From Dicyema japonicum (lineage: Eukaryota > Animalia > Dicyemida), in assembly GCA_011109175.1 (NCBI GenBank), contig RDEW01000040.1, positions 423,484 to 487,483 of the forward strand: 64,000 bases of DNA. Direction: 5' to 3'. The notes under the pieces are model-generated. The model did no database searches and had not been told where the DNA came from. It saw nothing but the letters and a program-made list of their open reading frames with translations. Below, piece by piece: positions 26,400 through 42,899 of the stretch; position 1 is the stretch's first letter, and each line of letters starts with the position of its first letter. A program made the translations under genes and the position numbers.

Positions 26400-29290
26400 A
26401 AATTTATTAAACCAAAAAACCGCCGTCATACCCAGAATGAAAAAAATCAGGTGACCCCAGCCTCCCTCAGCAGTCTTCGAAGAATGTGCCGTCCAAGGGG
26501 AACTCCTTTGGATAGTTGCATACTTTATCACCCATTAAACGGAATAAATTCACCAACTTATTGTAATAAATATTAAATTAGCTTTTAGATAATTCAAGTA
26601 ATACTGACTTGAGAGAAAATAGAAGATTTAAAAAACTGTTCGCTCTCAGAGCAAATGAGCTTTTTAATAGAAAATAACGCGAAAACTATCCAAAATTCTC
26701 GATAAGAGTGAAAAAGTGACTGGATTAAATGATTTTACACAATTCAAGTAATGCTTGTCTGACTCGAGAGCAAATGGAAGATTCAAAGAATTGTTCAACT
26801 CCAGAACCAACTTAGAATTTACGTAATTTGTGTTTAAATAGATAATTTTAATTATGTTTTTTTCCTCCGAAAAGAATTAAATTCAAAATCAAACCGATTG
26901 AAGAAAATTCAAGAGAATGAAGGTCCACAATGGTAAGTATGATTTTAAAAACAATCTATTACGATAATTTAAAGTTTATGACAAATCTCCATTATGGCCT
27001 GCAGGCATTGAGCACGCCATGGGAGTTACCTCTCATAGGCCATCGCGTCATTCTAGATTCCCCCTTTTGCTTCCCCGTAAGCTGTCTGATTAACCTAATA
27101 AACTCAACGTACTCGGGCCAACAATGCCAGACGTCTCATCAGAGATCGACTGGAAAACGAACCGGTCCACGATAAATTGACCAATGAAGGAAACCAGTGG
27201 CTTACAAGAACGTCATAACCAAAAGCGGACAATCTCAGAGATCCATTTGGTTATTAGGTGATGTGCAGATCTCAGAGGCGGACCCGAACAAGAGAAGAAG
27301 GCATGATGGATAAAGCGGAGAGGACGATTGTCCGATTCTGTTCAGATAGGAACGTAAATCCATGTGGTAATTACAACGGAGACACGCCAAGTGGACATAA
27401 ACTTCCTGTGGTAGGGAAGCCTGCTTATGCCAATATTCAGTGGAAGACGTCCCAGAAGTTTGTCGAGGATTTGTAGACTAAGCATCGTGAAATGGTCCCT
27501 AATATAGATAATTTTGATGAAATGGTATGTGATTAGTTGGTGTGGTTTTTGAACGGCAGAATTTAGTTGAGAATTTGCTCTGACAACGCAAATCTCTACG
27601 CATTTGATGGATTCGTCCAGGGTTAAATTAAATTTATTGAACCAGAAAACCACCGTCAGAACCAGAATGAAAAAATTAGGGTGATCCCCTCCTCCCTCAG
27701 CAATCTTCGCATGCTCGGACTTGAAGGGGAACTCTTATGGATGGTTGTTGATTAATGGTCCTTTTTTGGATATAATTTAGGATTAGTGCCACCAGAGATG
27801 GTGAACCACATGACGAATGCTAACAATTTAAGCTCCCCGGAGCCAAAGGGGAAGAGGAGGAACAGAAAAAAACAAAAAAATCTTCAATTCAAGAAGCCAT
27901 ATAGCGCCACACTAACGTTGCCACCAAGTGGCAGGGTGAAAAGAGTCTCTAGGAGGAAGAGGATGGGGATGGTAATCGATTTTTATATAACATAGGGATA
28001 AAAAATAAATTTATTGAAAATTAAATGGCCATAGAGTCAGAAATCCTTTAGGTTCGAGATGTTTCAAATGGAGGGTACACAGGCAATCAGAGCCTATGGC
28101 GGGAGAGTTGAGGACATTTAGATCAAGTCATGGATAAGAGTTACGGGGACTTGGATATGCGTCTACTTGAACTTTCTTAGGTTGAGTATCTTTAGAGATT
28201 GAAATGTGACTGATCTTGTAATAACGGAACGTCACGTTGTTTGCCTGACATTAAAATTCCTTAGTTCAGTTATCTTTATCAGGTGAGGAGCAAGAATCAG
28301 TCTCAATGAATCTCCAGAATTTTTGAGGTCTTGATTTTGGGTTGAGATGAGAGATGAATTCAGCTTTTTTTTATTCTTAATTTTTGATAGTTCGATTTGG
28401 CGTTGATGATTGGTTGTCTTTGGTCTTTTTAAGTGTCTTTTTTCTCGAAGGATTTCTCCATTAAAGTAAGGATTGTAGTCTCGGATGAATCATTTGAGAA
28501 TTAGTTTCTTGTCAGTAATTTAAAGTTAAAAATCACGGCTTTGTCAGGAAGATAAATTTATTTATAGAAAAGTTTTTTTTAAAGAATTTTTCCTTTTCTG
28601 CCTTAAAATCCACCCGCTTTTGTGTAGTTTACAAAAGTTCGTCTAAACGCGGCACCAAAGGGAGATAGGGAAAGTTAATGTGATGAGGTTGTGGTCAGAA
28701 GGCAGAGCTATCTGCCATTCTTTGGCTAGTCAATGAAAGGTGAGCACAGGGAAAGGTAATGTGACGTCCCACATTTTATGTGTGTTTTGTTTGATAATTA
28801 AAAAAACAAAGATTGGAGTTGTAGCCGGGCTGTGCACTTGACTGTAAATGTAGGATAGGAAATAACCATTAACAACGATTACAGCGGGTAAATTGGTTGA
28901 TTTTGTTACTAATTTGAATTCAAAATAACCACAATGATAATAAACATCATATTAACTAAGGATATTCAAAACTTGTAAAGAATATTGACCTCATTTTAAA
29001 ATAGCAAAATGATTTGTAACCTTCCATACCACACGCCGTAGCAGTGTCACTTAGAATCCTTGAAAGAAACCAATTTTTAACAAGAAAGTACAACCGTTAA
29101 TCAGAAAAGTGACAGTCCAAAAGTGAACGCTTCCTGTGATCAGTCAAATGTATTGGATTTATTTATTTATTTTCTTGAACCAAAAAACCACCGTCATATC
29201 CAAAATAACAAGATTCAGGTGATCCCAGCCTCCCTCAACAGTCTCCGCATCTTTTCTCGGTGTTCCGACTGCGTTCCTGGGCATATATTT
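26400..29290 (-). mobile_element. Several Vingi-like fragments (3' tails at ~26400, ~27625, ~29160; degenerate APE/linker at ~27960-28900)
   Basis: Reverse-complement GGGATCACC...GGTGGTTTT tails; LPSDHNLI APE end and KFWRFI linker. Confidence 0.65.
26980..27180 (-). mobile_element. CRE-like element 3' end
   Basis: Reverse complement aligns with 63800-64000 (GAGAGGTAACTCCCAT...GTGCTCAATGCCTGCAG). Confidence 0.7.
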
Positions 29291-29459
29291 ATTTATTTTG
29301 TGGTAGGGAAATAAAAAGGGACAATATGTGGCCATATAATATATATTTAATTTAATATTTTTTATTAATTTAAAGAATAAATGAATATCAATTTTAAAAA
29401 CTGCATAGTTACTAATTCAGGACCACATAGCAACGTCCAACTTTGATTTTGATAATTTT

Positions 29460-33162
<3,703 letters not shown>

Positions 33163-33292
33163 AAACTTTATTGTGTACAATAATATTTTTTGTCAATGAC
33201 TTATATACTATGCAAAAAACGGTTGCAAAAATTAAAAACCAATGACGGATGATCCTACAAATCGGATAACTCTCATTCTCCAGGTTTGTTTA

Positions 33293-33372
33293 AGGGCGAA
33301 CGGGATTTGAACATTTTTTGCATCTGAACTAAGGGACTCTGATGTAAGTCCATCACTTGGCCCATGCTCACA
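33293..33372 (-). other. Degenerate tRNA-like A/B-box sequence (possible SINE head)
   Basis: Minus strand TGGGCCAAGTGATGG ... 37 nt ... GTTCAAATCCC. The stems do not close into a cloverleaf. Confidence 0.25.
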
Positions 33373-33532
33373 GGAAATAAAAAGACCGGCTAAGTGGAAA
33401 CTTTATCATGTCAACCTCCCGACCAATTGACCACGTGCTGATGAGACAAATATCCTAGAGACTTGCATCCATAATTTTAATTGAGGTTAAATTATAAAAC
33501 CACAAACTTCACCATAAAAGTACAAGACTCGT

Positions 33533-34385
33533 CTAATTGTCATTATCCAAATTAAGTCGTGTCCGACCCTTGGAGATCTCATGAGCCAATTTTCTCCACT
33601 CTCCCTGATCCGTCGCAATTTGGAGTAGCCTTGATATAGGCATTCCCGTGACGTCTTCTACCGTGGATAGCCACCGAGTCCTCGGTCGACCAGGTCTTCT
33701 CTTCCCAGTAATATTGCTCACCATAATGGTTCTTTCCAGTGAATCAGAGCGGACAACATGCCCAAAGAACGCCAATCTGTGTTTTACAATTATTCCTTTT
33801 AGCGAAATGTCTGTCTCCACTCGTTTGAGTACATCGGTGTTTGTTATTTTGGAAGTCCAAGGAATTCTTAGTAACCTCCTCCAGCACCACAGTTCAAAAG
33901 CATCAACTTTCCGCCTATCCGCCTTTTTCAGAATCCATGATTCTGCGCCGTAAAGCAACATTAACCAGTCTGCAGTTGGTCCTTAAGAAAATATCTTTGC
34001 TTTTCCAAATTCTGTTCATTCTCTGGAGTCCCGTCCCATGACAATTCGCCTCTTGATTTCCAAGTTTCTGTCACCATTCCGATTAATTAGACAACCCAGA
34101 AAGACGACATTATCGCAACTCTCTATTTTCTCATTCCCAATTTTTACTTCCATTATTAGCAGTCGTCATAATTTTGATCTTCTTGACATTTAGCAATAAA
34201 CCAAAAACGGCGCTTTCCTCTCTGAATCTTAGAATCAACTCCCTGAGGCCATCCTCTGTTTCAGCCAGTAAGGTTGTATCGTCAGCATAGCGCAAATTAT
34301 TGATGTTCCTGCCTCCAATTTTCATCCCGTTATTTGATACAGTATCCAATTTAGTCATGATCATTCTGGCATAAATATTGAATTA
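33533..34385 (-). mobile_element. RTE-BovB-like LINE 3' fragment (family 2)
   Basis: NNLRYADDTTLLAE, LLYGAESW, DAFELWCWRRLLRIPWT, GRPRTRW. Very similar to 54190-55456. Confidence 0.88.
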
Positions 34386-34745
34386 AATTATTAACTCGTG
34401 TCAACATCGCAGACGTGCAAGTTCTACCCTGATGGCACTCGGGAAGAGTTATGAAAAGATTATCTCAGGAGGTCTGGGCTTCATGATCTTGGTGTCTTTG
34501 AGGGTCTGTATGGGACACGTAGACACTTAATCGTGTATACTCTTGTCCAGGTTTGGTTTTTTGCCTGAGGTCAGTGAGATTTCTCCGAATTTGTCTGCAG
34601 CTAGTAGTTTCGAGTAATAATAGATGATTTTAAACAGCCTTTTATCAATTCTGCCTTTGCTGTAGAGATTGTAGAAATGAGAGGGGAATTAAAGACCATT
34701 ACAGTTAAAGACCAAATTTATTAAGTTAGTAATGAAATGAATGTT

Positions 34746-35514
34746 CTAGTCTTCTTTTGATTTTTGATAGAGTCCAGTATAGATAATGGAAGTTCGTCCA
34801 GGATCCATAAACCATATTCCATAGGCAATAAAATAAACAACCAGACCAAGCACAACAATACTACCAACAAATAAGTTGAACATTTGGGCATCCATTACTG
34901 TTGATTCTTGTACAACATTATTGTCAGTTCTTTTACTAACAAAGTGATCATCACTCACAGTGAATACAACAGAGTCATCAATTTGAGCACTCAACTACAC
35001 ATTACCTATTATATTACCTGTTCTGCAATATTTTTGAGATAAGGGTAGCCATGTGATGACTTAATTGTAAAGAAATAACCGGCATGATGATTCTACAAAA
35101 TAAGTATAAAATGACATTTTTTATAATCCCATAAATATCTTGTTGGTTCTAAAATATTATTATAATAGTACATTAACATTATTGTAGGATAAATCACTTC
35201 CGAGTTTACGCTTAAAGGCATTATTGAGAGTGGTGTATAGATTCTTAGTAATAACCAAAATATACATCAATCGAAGGTTCCAATTCCAATATTATGAACA
35301 CACTCGGCTGATTGATGGTCTCAGAGAGTTTGAGGACGGACTAAATTATTAATCTTTGATATACCAAATCATCGTCGTTTAAAAACTTCCAATAGGATGA
35401 TAAATCGATTGATGTATTTAATTGGGAATAAATATTGACACAGGAATTGGTATGTATTATTATTCCAAGTAAAATAAAAAATTTTATGTTAAGTCCACAA
35501 CCACAATATATCAT
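34746..35514 (-). CDS. ATP6AP2: V-ATPase accessory protein 2 / (pro)renin receptor, shortened (~215 aa)
   Basis: Signal-peptide-like start, five introns (24,22,29,23,23 nt), and a C-terminal TM plus WFMDPGRTSIIYTGLYQKSKED*, matching the family motif WNMDPGYDSIIY..QKIRxD. Internal splice choices are partly ambiguous. Confidence 0.8.
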
Positions 35515-35619
35515 TTCGAAAATTAATTAATTTTTATTAATATTTTATTATCTTCAACTATAATCTCATTATAAATCTTGTTATATAAACATTACTTTAT
35601 TTTTTAAATGTAGGATATA

Positions 35620-36358
35620 TCAAACCAATCATCTGCGATGGGATGCCTTGAAGAAAACCGGAATGCCATCAGATGACTCTATGTCGTCCATGTGACAGAA
35701 TTTCTCAACTAATCCGTGCTAACCACAGACATAAGTGGAGCCGGCTTGTTGGTCGACTTTGCCACAAAAACTCGTGTCGCATTTTTTGGAAAACACTGAG
35801 AAGTATCAACAGTCTTATAATCGAATACGGTGGCGGAATGGAAGCCGTTACCCCTATTGCCTCGGAATCTACACGGAAACTTCCAAATAATGTTATAAAA
35901 TATTATGTATCGATCAGCCACAAGAATTTCTCTATCTCTCTGCATGTCAAATGATGTGGTCCACAACAGACGCTATATTCTGCCTTCTTCACTCCCTATG
36001 ATGTGGGCAAGACTATCAAATTTCTACGTTCCATCCGAGCCTGTGGCCCCGATAGTGTCTGTGCTATTCATCTCAAGCACCCATGACCTCAGGCACATAT
36101 CGTGTTATCGAGGGCTATACAACTATTCTATGAATTCCCATACAATACCAAATATATGGAAGAATTCACCGATTACAATTCTCAAGCCTGGAAAAGCAAA
36201 AGACATCCCATTCTGTTACCCCCATAACTTCTACGCGAATCCAAAGATCCTTGGAGTGACATTGGAACGTCTTAAAAAAGAGTCCCTTTCCACCTATAGC
36301 TTGTATCAGAAAACTATGTCTTCAATTGGTCTTGGGGTTTTAAAATAAATAATAAATC
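35620..36358 (+). mobile_element. Internally deleted Vingi-like LINE
   Basis: Linker plus RT start (IPNIWKNSPITILKPGK) jumps to PKILGVT and then to the 3' tail. Confidence 0.7.
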
Positions 36359-37542
36359 TGCTATGACTAAGTCGTATAGGAAACAATCCTGACTATGAGA
36401 ACTTAAAGATTTCCAATCCACAGCTCGGAAAGTTCTCCGCTTCTGTGACAGGAGCAATTACCCTTTGAGATGTTTGTGAGATATATGAGTGCTACGAATA
36501 CAGAGACTGTGTTGAAAGGAACTCCGAGCAAATATGATGGAGTTGCTATCAGTTAATGGCTGTGCATTTATCTATGAAAAAAATAACTTAAAGTATTCTC
36601 ACATTGAGGCGCTGATTGCAAATACACTTTTTTTAAGACTCACTAAAATTTGTTAACTGAACCACTACTATGTTTGTTTATTTCTCGAAATATCTACTTA
36701 GCTTCATGGTGAAGAAAGTCATCTTTTTTCTTCTTATCGTGACCATGAACGAGGTGACGTCAGAAAACCTATGTTCTGAACAAAGGAAGTGTCAGATGCA
36801 CTCTTGGGTCGAATCTCTTCCGCTCCAAATTTAAAAGAACTTGAAGGATGATCTGTTTGAAAAAGCACATTGATATAAATTTGAGACCAATCAGTTAAAA
36901 ATACGCATTTCTTGCACAATATCTTAAATGTTTTTAGGGTTAATCGCTGACAGGCTAATAACATTTAGGGTTAATCGCTGATAAATTTGCATTAGTTGTC
37001 CTAAGACTTGATGGTTATATTTTTCGAGGATTCAACGAACATTCTTTAGTCAATATTAAATGACCACAAGATTACCTCTTGTTTTGGTCCGCTTTCATTT
37101 CTGTCCCACACCAAATAAGTGGATCTCTGGGAGTATCCGCTTTTGGTAGTTACTTTCTTGCTAGCCATCAATTTCCTTCACTTTAAGTGAAAGTGAGAAT
37201 ATTCTTATCATTAAAATATTACAAATCAATTATCTTTAATGAGTTGTGCTTAGGGAATATGATTATTATACTTTCCAAATATATTATTTTTCCTACACAA
37301 GAAAAAGTAACCGGATTTTATTTAGAACATTCGATTATAACCAACTCCCTTCTCAAAGACAGAGTTCTTCGAATTTGGGCAAGGCGGTATTCGACACAGA
37401 CAGCATCCAATGCTTGCATTCGATATCTTCTGAGTGAAGGTTACATATTTGTGGGATATTAAAGTTATGCCTCAATTAACTATAATTGTCTCCCCCGACT
37501 CCAATTAGTGCCATATAAAAAAGGAGAATTTAAAATGTTATA

Positions 37543-39962
37543 ATGAAACCAATATCCGTAATTGGTAATATTGGACTGAGGGCACCCCAAAATACATTCC
37601 TGGATGAAATTATTTATAGATTTAATAAAGATGGTTTATAATATTTTGTTATTGACAGACCTTGTCTTTGCTATAGGAAACCAAAATTTGGTTGGAATGC
37701 CCTTTGTCCACTGTAGTAATTCATTCACAGCTTTTTTTGGCTACAAAAAGGAAGAAATTTTGAGAAAGAGTTTATTCATGAACTTTCTCGTCGGAGATTT
37801 GACGGATAAGAGCACAATCGACAATCTTCAAAACTCCCTTAGCTTAAATACAAGCACTAAAGTCACAATCATGCTTTACTGTAAAAACGGTCCGATTTGT
37901 TAGTAAATTGTCAGGAAAAGAAATATTTGTTTCTATCGACATGTTCCCTGTTTTCAACGAAAAGAGTGAATCGATACTTTATTTGATGAAATTCAAAGAA
38001 TTCAAGCCTACATACACTGACCCGGAAAGACCTATTCGTAAAATTAATTTTTAAAAATTCAGAAAGAAATTTAGTGAAATCTCTTAAAATAAAATTTCGC
38101 CAAACAAACTCTAATAATTTGAAACCTTCAGTCTTATCAGTAATTTGTATCATTAATATAAAGTTAATGAATTTGAATGATGAACCTCTTCCAAAATATA
38201 AGGTCGAAGTTCCAAGAAGAGGGTCATATATTATATTCCATTATTCCAAAAAGAAAACCACGTGGGATTGGATTATCATTTTTCTCACATTTTACACGGC
38301 AATTGTGGAACCTTTTTGTGTGTCGTTCAATATTGGACGACACAATCTATCAATATCAATTTTGGAATATTTTATTGATGCTCTATTCTTGGTTGACCTG
38401 ATCCTCGGTTTCAGGACTACATACGTCAGTGACAATGGCAAGATAATAGTGGATCCAAAATTAATAAGAATGAATTATCTGAGGACGTATTTCATAGTTG
38501 ATTTTCTTTCATTTTTGCCTTACAATGCCATCGAATACATGCACACTAACCCAAATAGCAGAGTATGTCAAAATTAGTTTATTTAGGGAGCCGAACTCAT
38601 CGCAATTTTGAAAGTCGGCAAAATGCTGAGATTGCTTAAAGTCGCCAAAAAACTTGACCAATACTTGGAATACGGGGCTGCTATTCTGATATTCCTTATT
38701 TCCATATTCCTTTTGATTGCTCACTGGTACGCCTGCATTTGGTACGTCATTGGAAAACAAGAAATGGATCGCAATATAACATTTGGATGGCTCAGTATCC
38801 TTAAAAGGACGACAAATTCGAGTAATTTGTGATTACAATAATAGCCGACACTAAGATTGCTTACATTTCCTCTCTATATTACACGATGACTTGCATGACT
38901 AGCATTGGTTTCGGAAATATTGCTCCAAACACATTTAATGAGAAACTCTTTACAATATTCATGATGATCACCGGATGTTTTACATTTTATAATTCATAGC
39001 ATTACTGTATGCCTCCATTTTTGGTAACATAACCACTATTTTTTCTCAAATATATGCGACAACAGGACACTTTCAAAATATGATGCAAAATGTTAGAAAA
39101 TTTTTGTGCATTAATGAAATCCCAAATAAATTATCTGTAAAAATAATAGACTTTATGATATCCTCATGGACCTCGGACAAGGGAATAAACTCAGAGAAGG
39201 TATTTAAAGTTAAATTTGTCAGATAATCCGATGTTGTCCTCGAAATATCCAAAGAGACATTTATTTTACAATGTTCAAAGAGTTCATGTCAAAACACATA
39301 TTTTCTGATGTAAATGAGGAACTGCTAAAAGACATGGCTTGTGTTATTGCAATATACAATGCTACCCCCGAAGAGATTATTTGTCATGACGGAGAAGAGT
39401 TTGTCAGTATTGTCTTCATTGTGAAGGGATCCGTCGAAATTATTCAAGATGGTCATATTGTTGCGATATTAAGTATTCTGTTTTATTATTTTTGAATGAG
39501 TAAGGTGAAAATGACAGTTTTGGGTGCAACATTAACAAACACAGTAATATTTCATTCTGCATAGCACGTGCTATGACATATTGTGATCTAAGACTAGTAA
39601 ATAAGGAAAAATTAAAGGCAATATACAGACTTCATAATTGTTTTGATAAATTTAGGGAATATAATCGTTTCCCAACTTATAATATTGGAGATAAGGTTTT
39701 TTATGATGATTATATCCAGCATAACTATATGGAAGACACGGAGAACCACCTTTCAAGGAAGGATAAGACTTTTTATTACAAGAATAACAAATTTCCCAAA
39801 AAGTCTATATTCGATATTTCATCTAAAACAAGAGTGAGTCATTCGGATACTGATGAAACTGAAGGAAGTAGGATTACATTGAGTACACTCCATGACGATA
39901 TTAACAAACTTAAAGAATTTATTATGGACAACATAACTAATCAACAAAATGATAATAAATAA
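37543..39962 (+). CDS. KCNH: Eag-subfamily voltage-gated K+ channel (~720 aa)
   Basis: PAS-cap [13 protein letters not shown] domain, S1 [15 protein letters not shown]4 [15 protein letters not shown], pore [31 protein letters not shown] with TYNI. Nine to ten introns of 23-32 nt restore one frame. Confidence 0.9.
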
Positions 39963-40031
39963 TTAATTAGCTATTTCTAATACTTTTAATAAATAATTAA
40001 ATACCGGATCACTTAATTAAATGGTTTAACT

Positions 40032-42411
40032 CAGGGGTTCTCAACCTTTTTTTGCTCGTCGACCCCTTGACTTTTTTTTCGACCCCCCTAATATTTAATC
40101 GACCCCTTAAAACTTTTTTATTTAGAACAGACAATTCTAAGTAAAATTAGTTAATTATCTAAAATGAATTCATTGTTAATAATCAAATAAAACAAAAAAA
40201 GTATATACTCGATGTTATGTTGGTATCTTAGCATAAATCTATAATAAAAAAAATTAAATACCAATGGGATCCCTGTGACTGATGTTTTTTGACCAAAGAT
40301 TCGATATCTGGCTCTATTTGTGTTATTTTTAAACGAAGATCTCCTCTAATGGACACTTTCAATCTGTTTCGTTCTTTATTTACAATTCGATGTAGAATGC
40401 TAAATCCGCATTCAACACAGTATGATGTCGGAAAATAGAGTAGCAATTGTGCTATTTCTGTCCACAATTTTGGATAACTCTCCTTCACTTTCATATTTTG
40501 CCAAAAAATAACAGGTGATTGTGAATCATTATAATATAGTTTTAATTCTGGATTGAATTTTAACATAACTAATTCCTCTTGAATAATTTCTTTTTGTTCT
40601 TCTGGCTTTGACAAAAACGGATTAATCATCAAAGATGGAATTTCTAATTCAAGAATATCTTGGAATCGAAGAATCAAATTTTTTTCTATACTTAATAAAT
40701 GTTGCAAAAAATTGTTAATATCTTCATTAAATGTTTGACCAATTGAGTGGAATTCGGGAATGTTATAATAATTTCTTTTTTCCAAGTTATATTTATATAA
40801 CTTAATTTTTTCGATAAATATTTGAATAATTCTTTTACAATCTATTAACGTCACATACTTTCCCTGAAGTTCTAATAAAACTTCATTAAATTTTCCAAAA
40901 ATCCAAGTCAAATAAACAATTTCTTTCTTTTTCGATACAATTAAATCTGCTAAATTTTTGTCACCCTCAGAAGTAAGAAAATTTACGATTGTGTCAAACA
41001 ATATTGAAAATCGTTCTAAGGCATTTCCCTTTGATAACCATCGTACCTATAAAATAAAATTGGAAACTATAACCTCAGTGTGAAGCACAAGACGGACATA
41101 TGTTTCTTTAGCCTCATAGCAAAATTTTCTAAAAAGACGGTCATACTTGCTGTTTGCTTTAATTTTGTTTATGGTTTTAATAACTATATTTAACGTTTCA
41201 TGTAGAATTGGCAAAAAAGCTTTTGAAACCAAATGTTGTCTGTGTCTATGTATATGAATCACATTTGGACATATTTTTTTTCAAATATGCCGCAAATCCT
41301 TTATATTTTCCAACCATAGACATTGCACCATCTGTGGCACAAGAAACCAAATTTTCATATGGAATCTTCTTGTCATCCAAAAATAATTTGACTACGGAAA
41401 AAATAGAAAATCCAGTCGTATCAGTTTCCAAATATTTGACGAATAATAAATCTTCTGTAAGAAGAGCATGATCGTCAAAATATCTATATCGTAAGCTTCT
41501 AATAAGATTAACCTGACATATCCCATTAGAATTGATTGGTTATCACATATATGACTTTCGTCAATTTGAAGCGAAAAAATAGTATTTTTAAGCCTTTCAC
41601 ATAAAATATGTTCAACATTATCGGACATTTCGTCAATCCTGCGGCGAACTGAATCATTGCTAATTAGCACGGATTTTAAAATTTCGTCGGGATTTAAACC
41701 CATCAGATCTGATAGAATCACTGATATAGATGGTTTGATGAGATATTCTCCAAAACATGGGAACTCTCATTTTTGGCAATAATTATTAAAATTTTTATAG
41801 GATGCAATTAGTCCTCCTAAATATAATTTAAAATAACAACAACTATTTTTTCTTTCACTACTATTTGTAAAAACAGTTTCAATCGTTTTTTGTTTACGAA
41901 AAGAATCCTTTAATTCTTCAAAATACTCTAATGGTTTATCTTTTTTATCCGAATGTTTTCTCCTAAGATGATCCAACAATTTGGACAGATTCATTGCATC
42001 ATTTTATAATGACTTATTACACAGTAAACAATGTGGTCTATTATCAAAAGAATTTTTTATAAATCCAAATGCCAAATATTCATTTTTATATTGACGAATT
42101 TTTAATGTAGAAGGACGACTCATACACAAACAAAAACAAGCATGGTAATTTTAAAAATTTTAAAGAACAAAGGTTTTCCACTTTATAAATCCAAATGCCA
42201 AATATTCATTTTTATATTGACGAATTTTTAATGTAGAAGGACGACTCATACACAAACAAAAACAAGCATGGTAATTTTAAAAATTTTAAAGTACAAAGGT
42301 TTACCACTTTAAAAATAAACTAACTTAATTTAAATTGAAAAAGATTAAATATATTAAATTTATTTTCGACCCCCTTACGATCGATCGATCTGGATTGATT
42401 TTAGACCCCTG
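40032..42411 (-). mobile_element. hAT Buster-type DNA transposon, complete ends, inactive transposase with micro-introns
   Basis: TIRs CAGGGGT; perfect 8-bp TSD GTTTAACT (40024-40031, 42412-42419; central TA as in Buster targets). zf-BED (PHCLLC...HLRRKH), LQIDES, ATDGA, HTEV|RWLSKG, FPTSYCVECGFS. One stop and several frameshifts. Confidence 0.93.
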
Positions 42412-42899
42412 GTTTAACTCATTCTTTCTTGGTGGACACTTTTTCGGGGTTAGATAATAATGGTTGTTGAGTGTAGTTCTGGAGTCTGATAAATCGTCAC
42501 TTACAAAATACAGCTAAATTGTCTAAAATTAAAAATCTACACATTAATAAATAACAATGTACATCTCCAGCTAATAGTTAGTCTGATAAATCGTCACTTA
42601 CAAAATACAGCTAAATTGTCTAAAATTAAAAATCTACACATTAATAAATAACAATGTACATCTCCAGCTAATAGTTAGCTAAAAACGAGTAATTTTTTGT
42701 CCCTCAGATAACCAACATCCCCATAAATATTGCATTATTTAAAATTTATTTAAATATAGGTTTACCATTAAAAAATAATAAATTTAAACTTAATCTGAAT
42801 GGACGGGCGGATATTTTGCTCCCATAAAAATAATATGGATTATTTTTAGTCCTCTGGTGGATGGGATTATTATAATCAAAAACGACGTCTTTTATAAAA

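Noticed and set aside
33438-33470. Hammerhead core CTGATGAG
   Set aside because: No downstream stem II-GAAA or cleavage-site helix.
36933-36981. Telomere-like TTTAGGG
   Set aside because: Only two copies, as part of a 31-bp local duplication.
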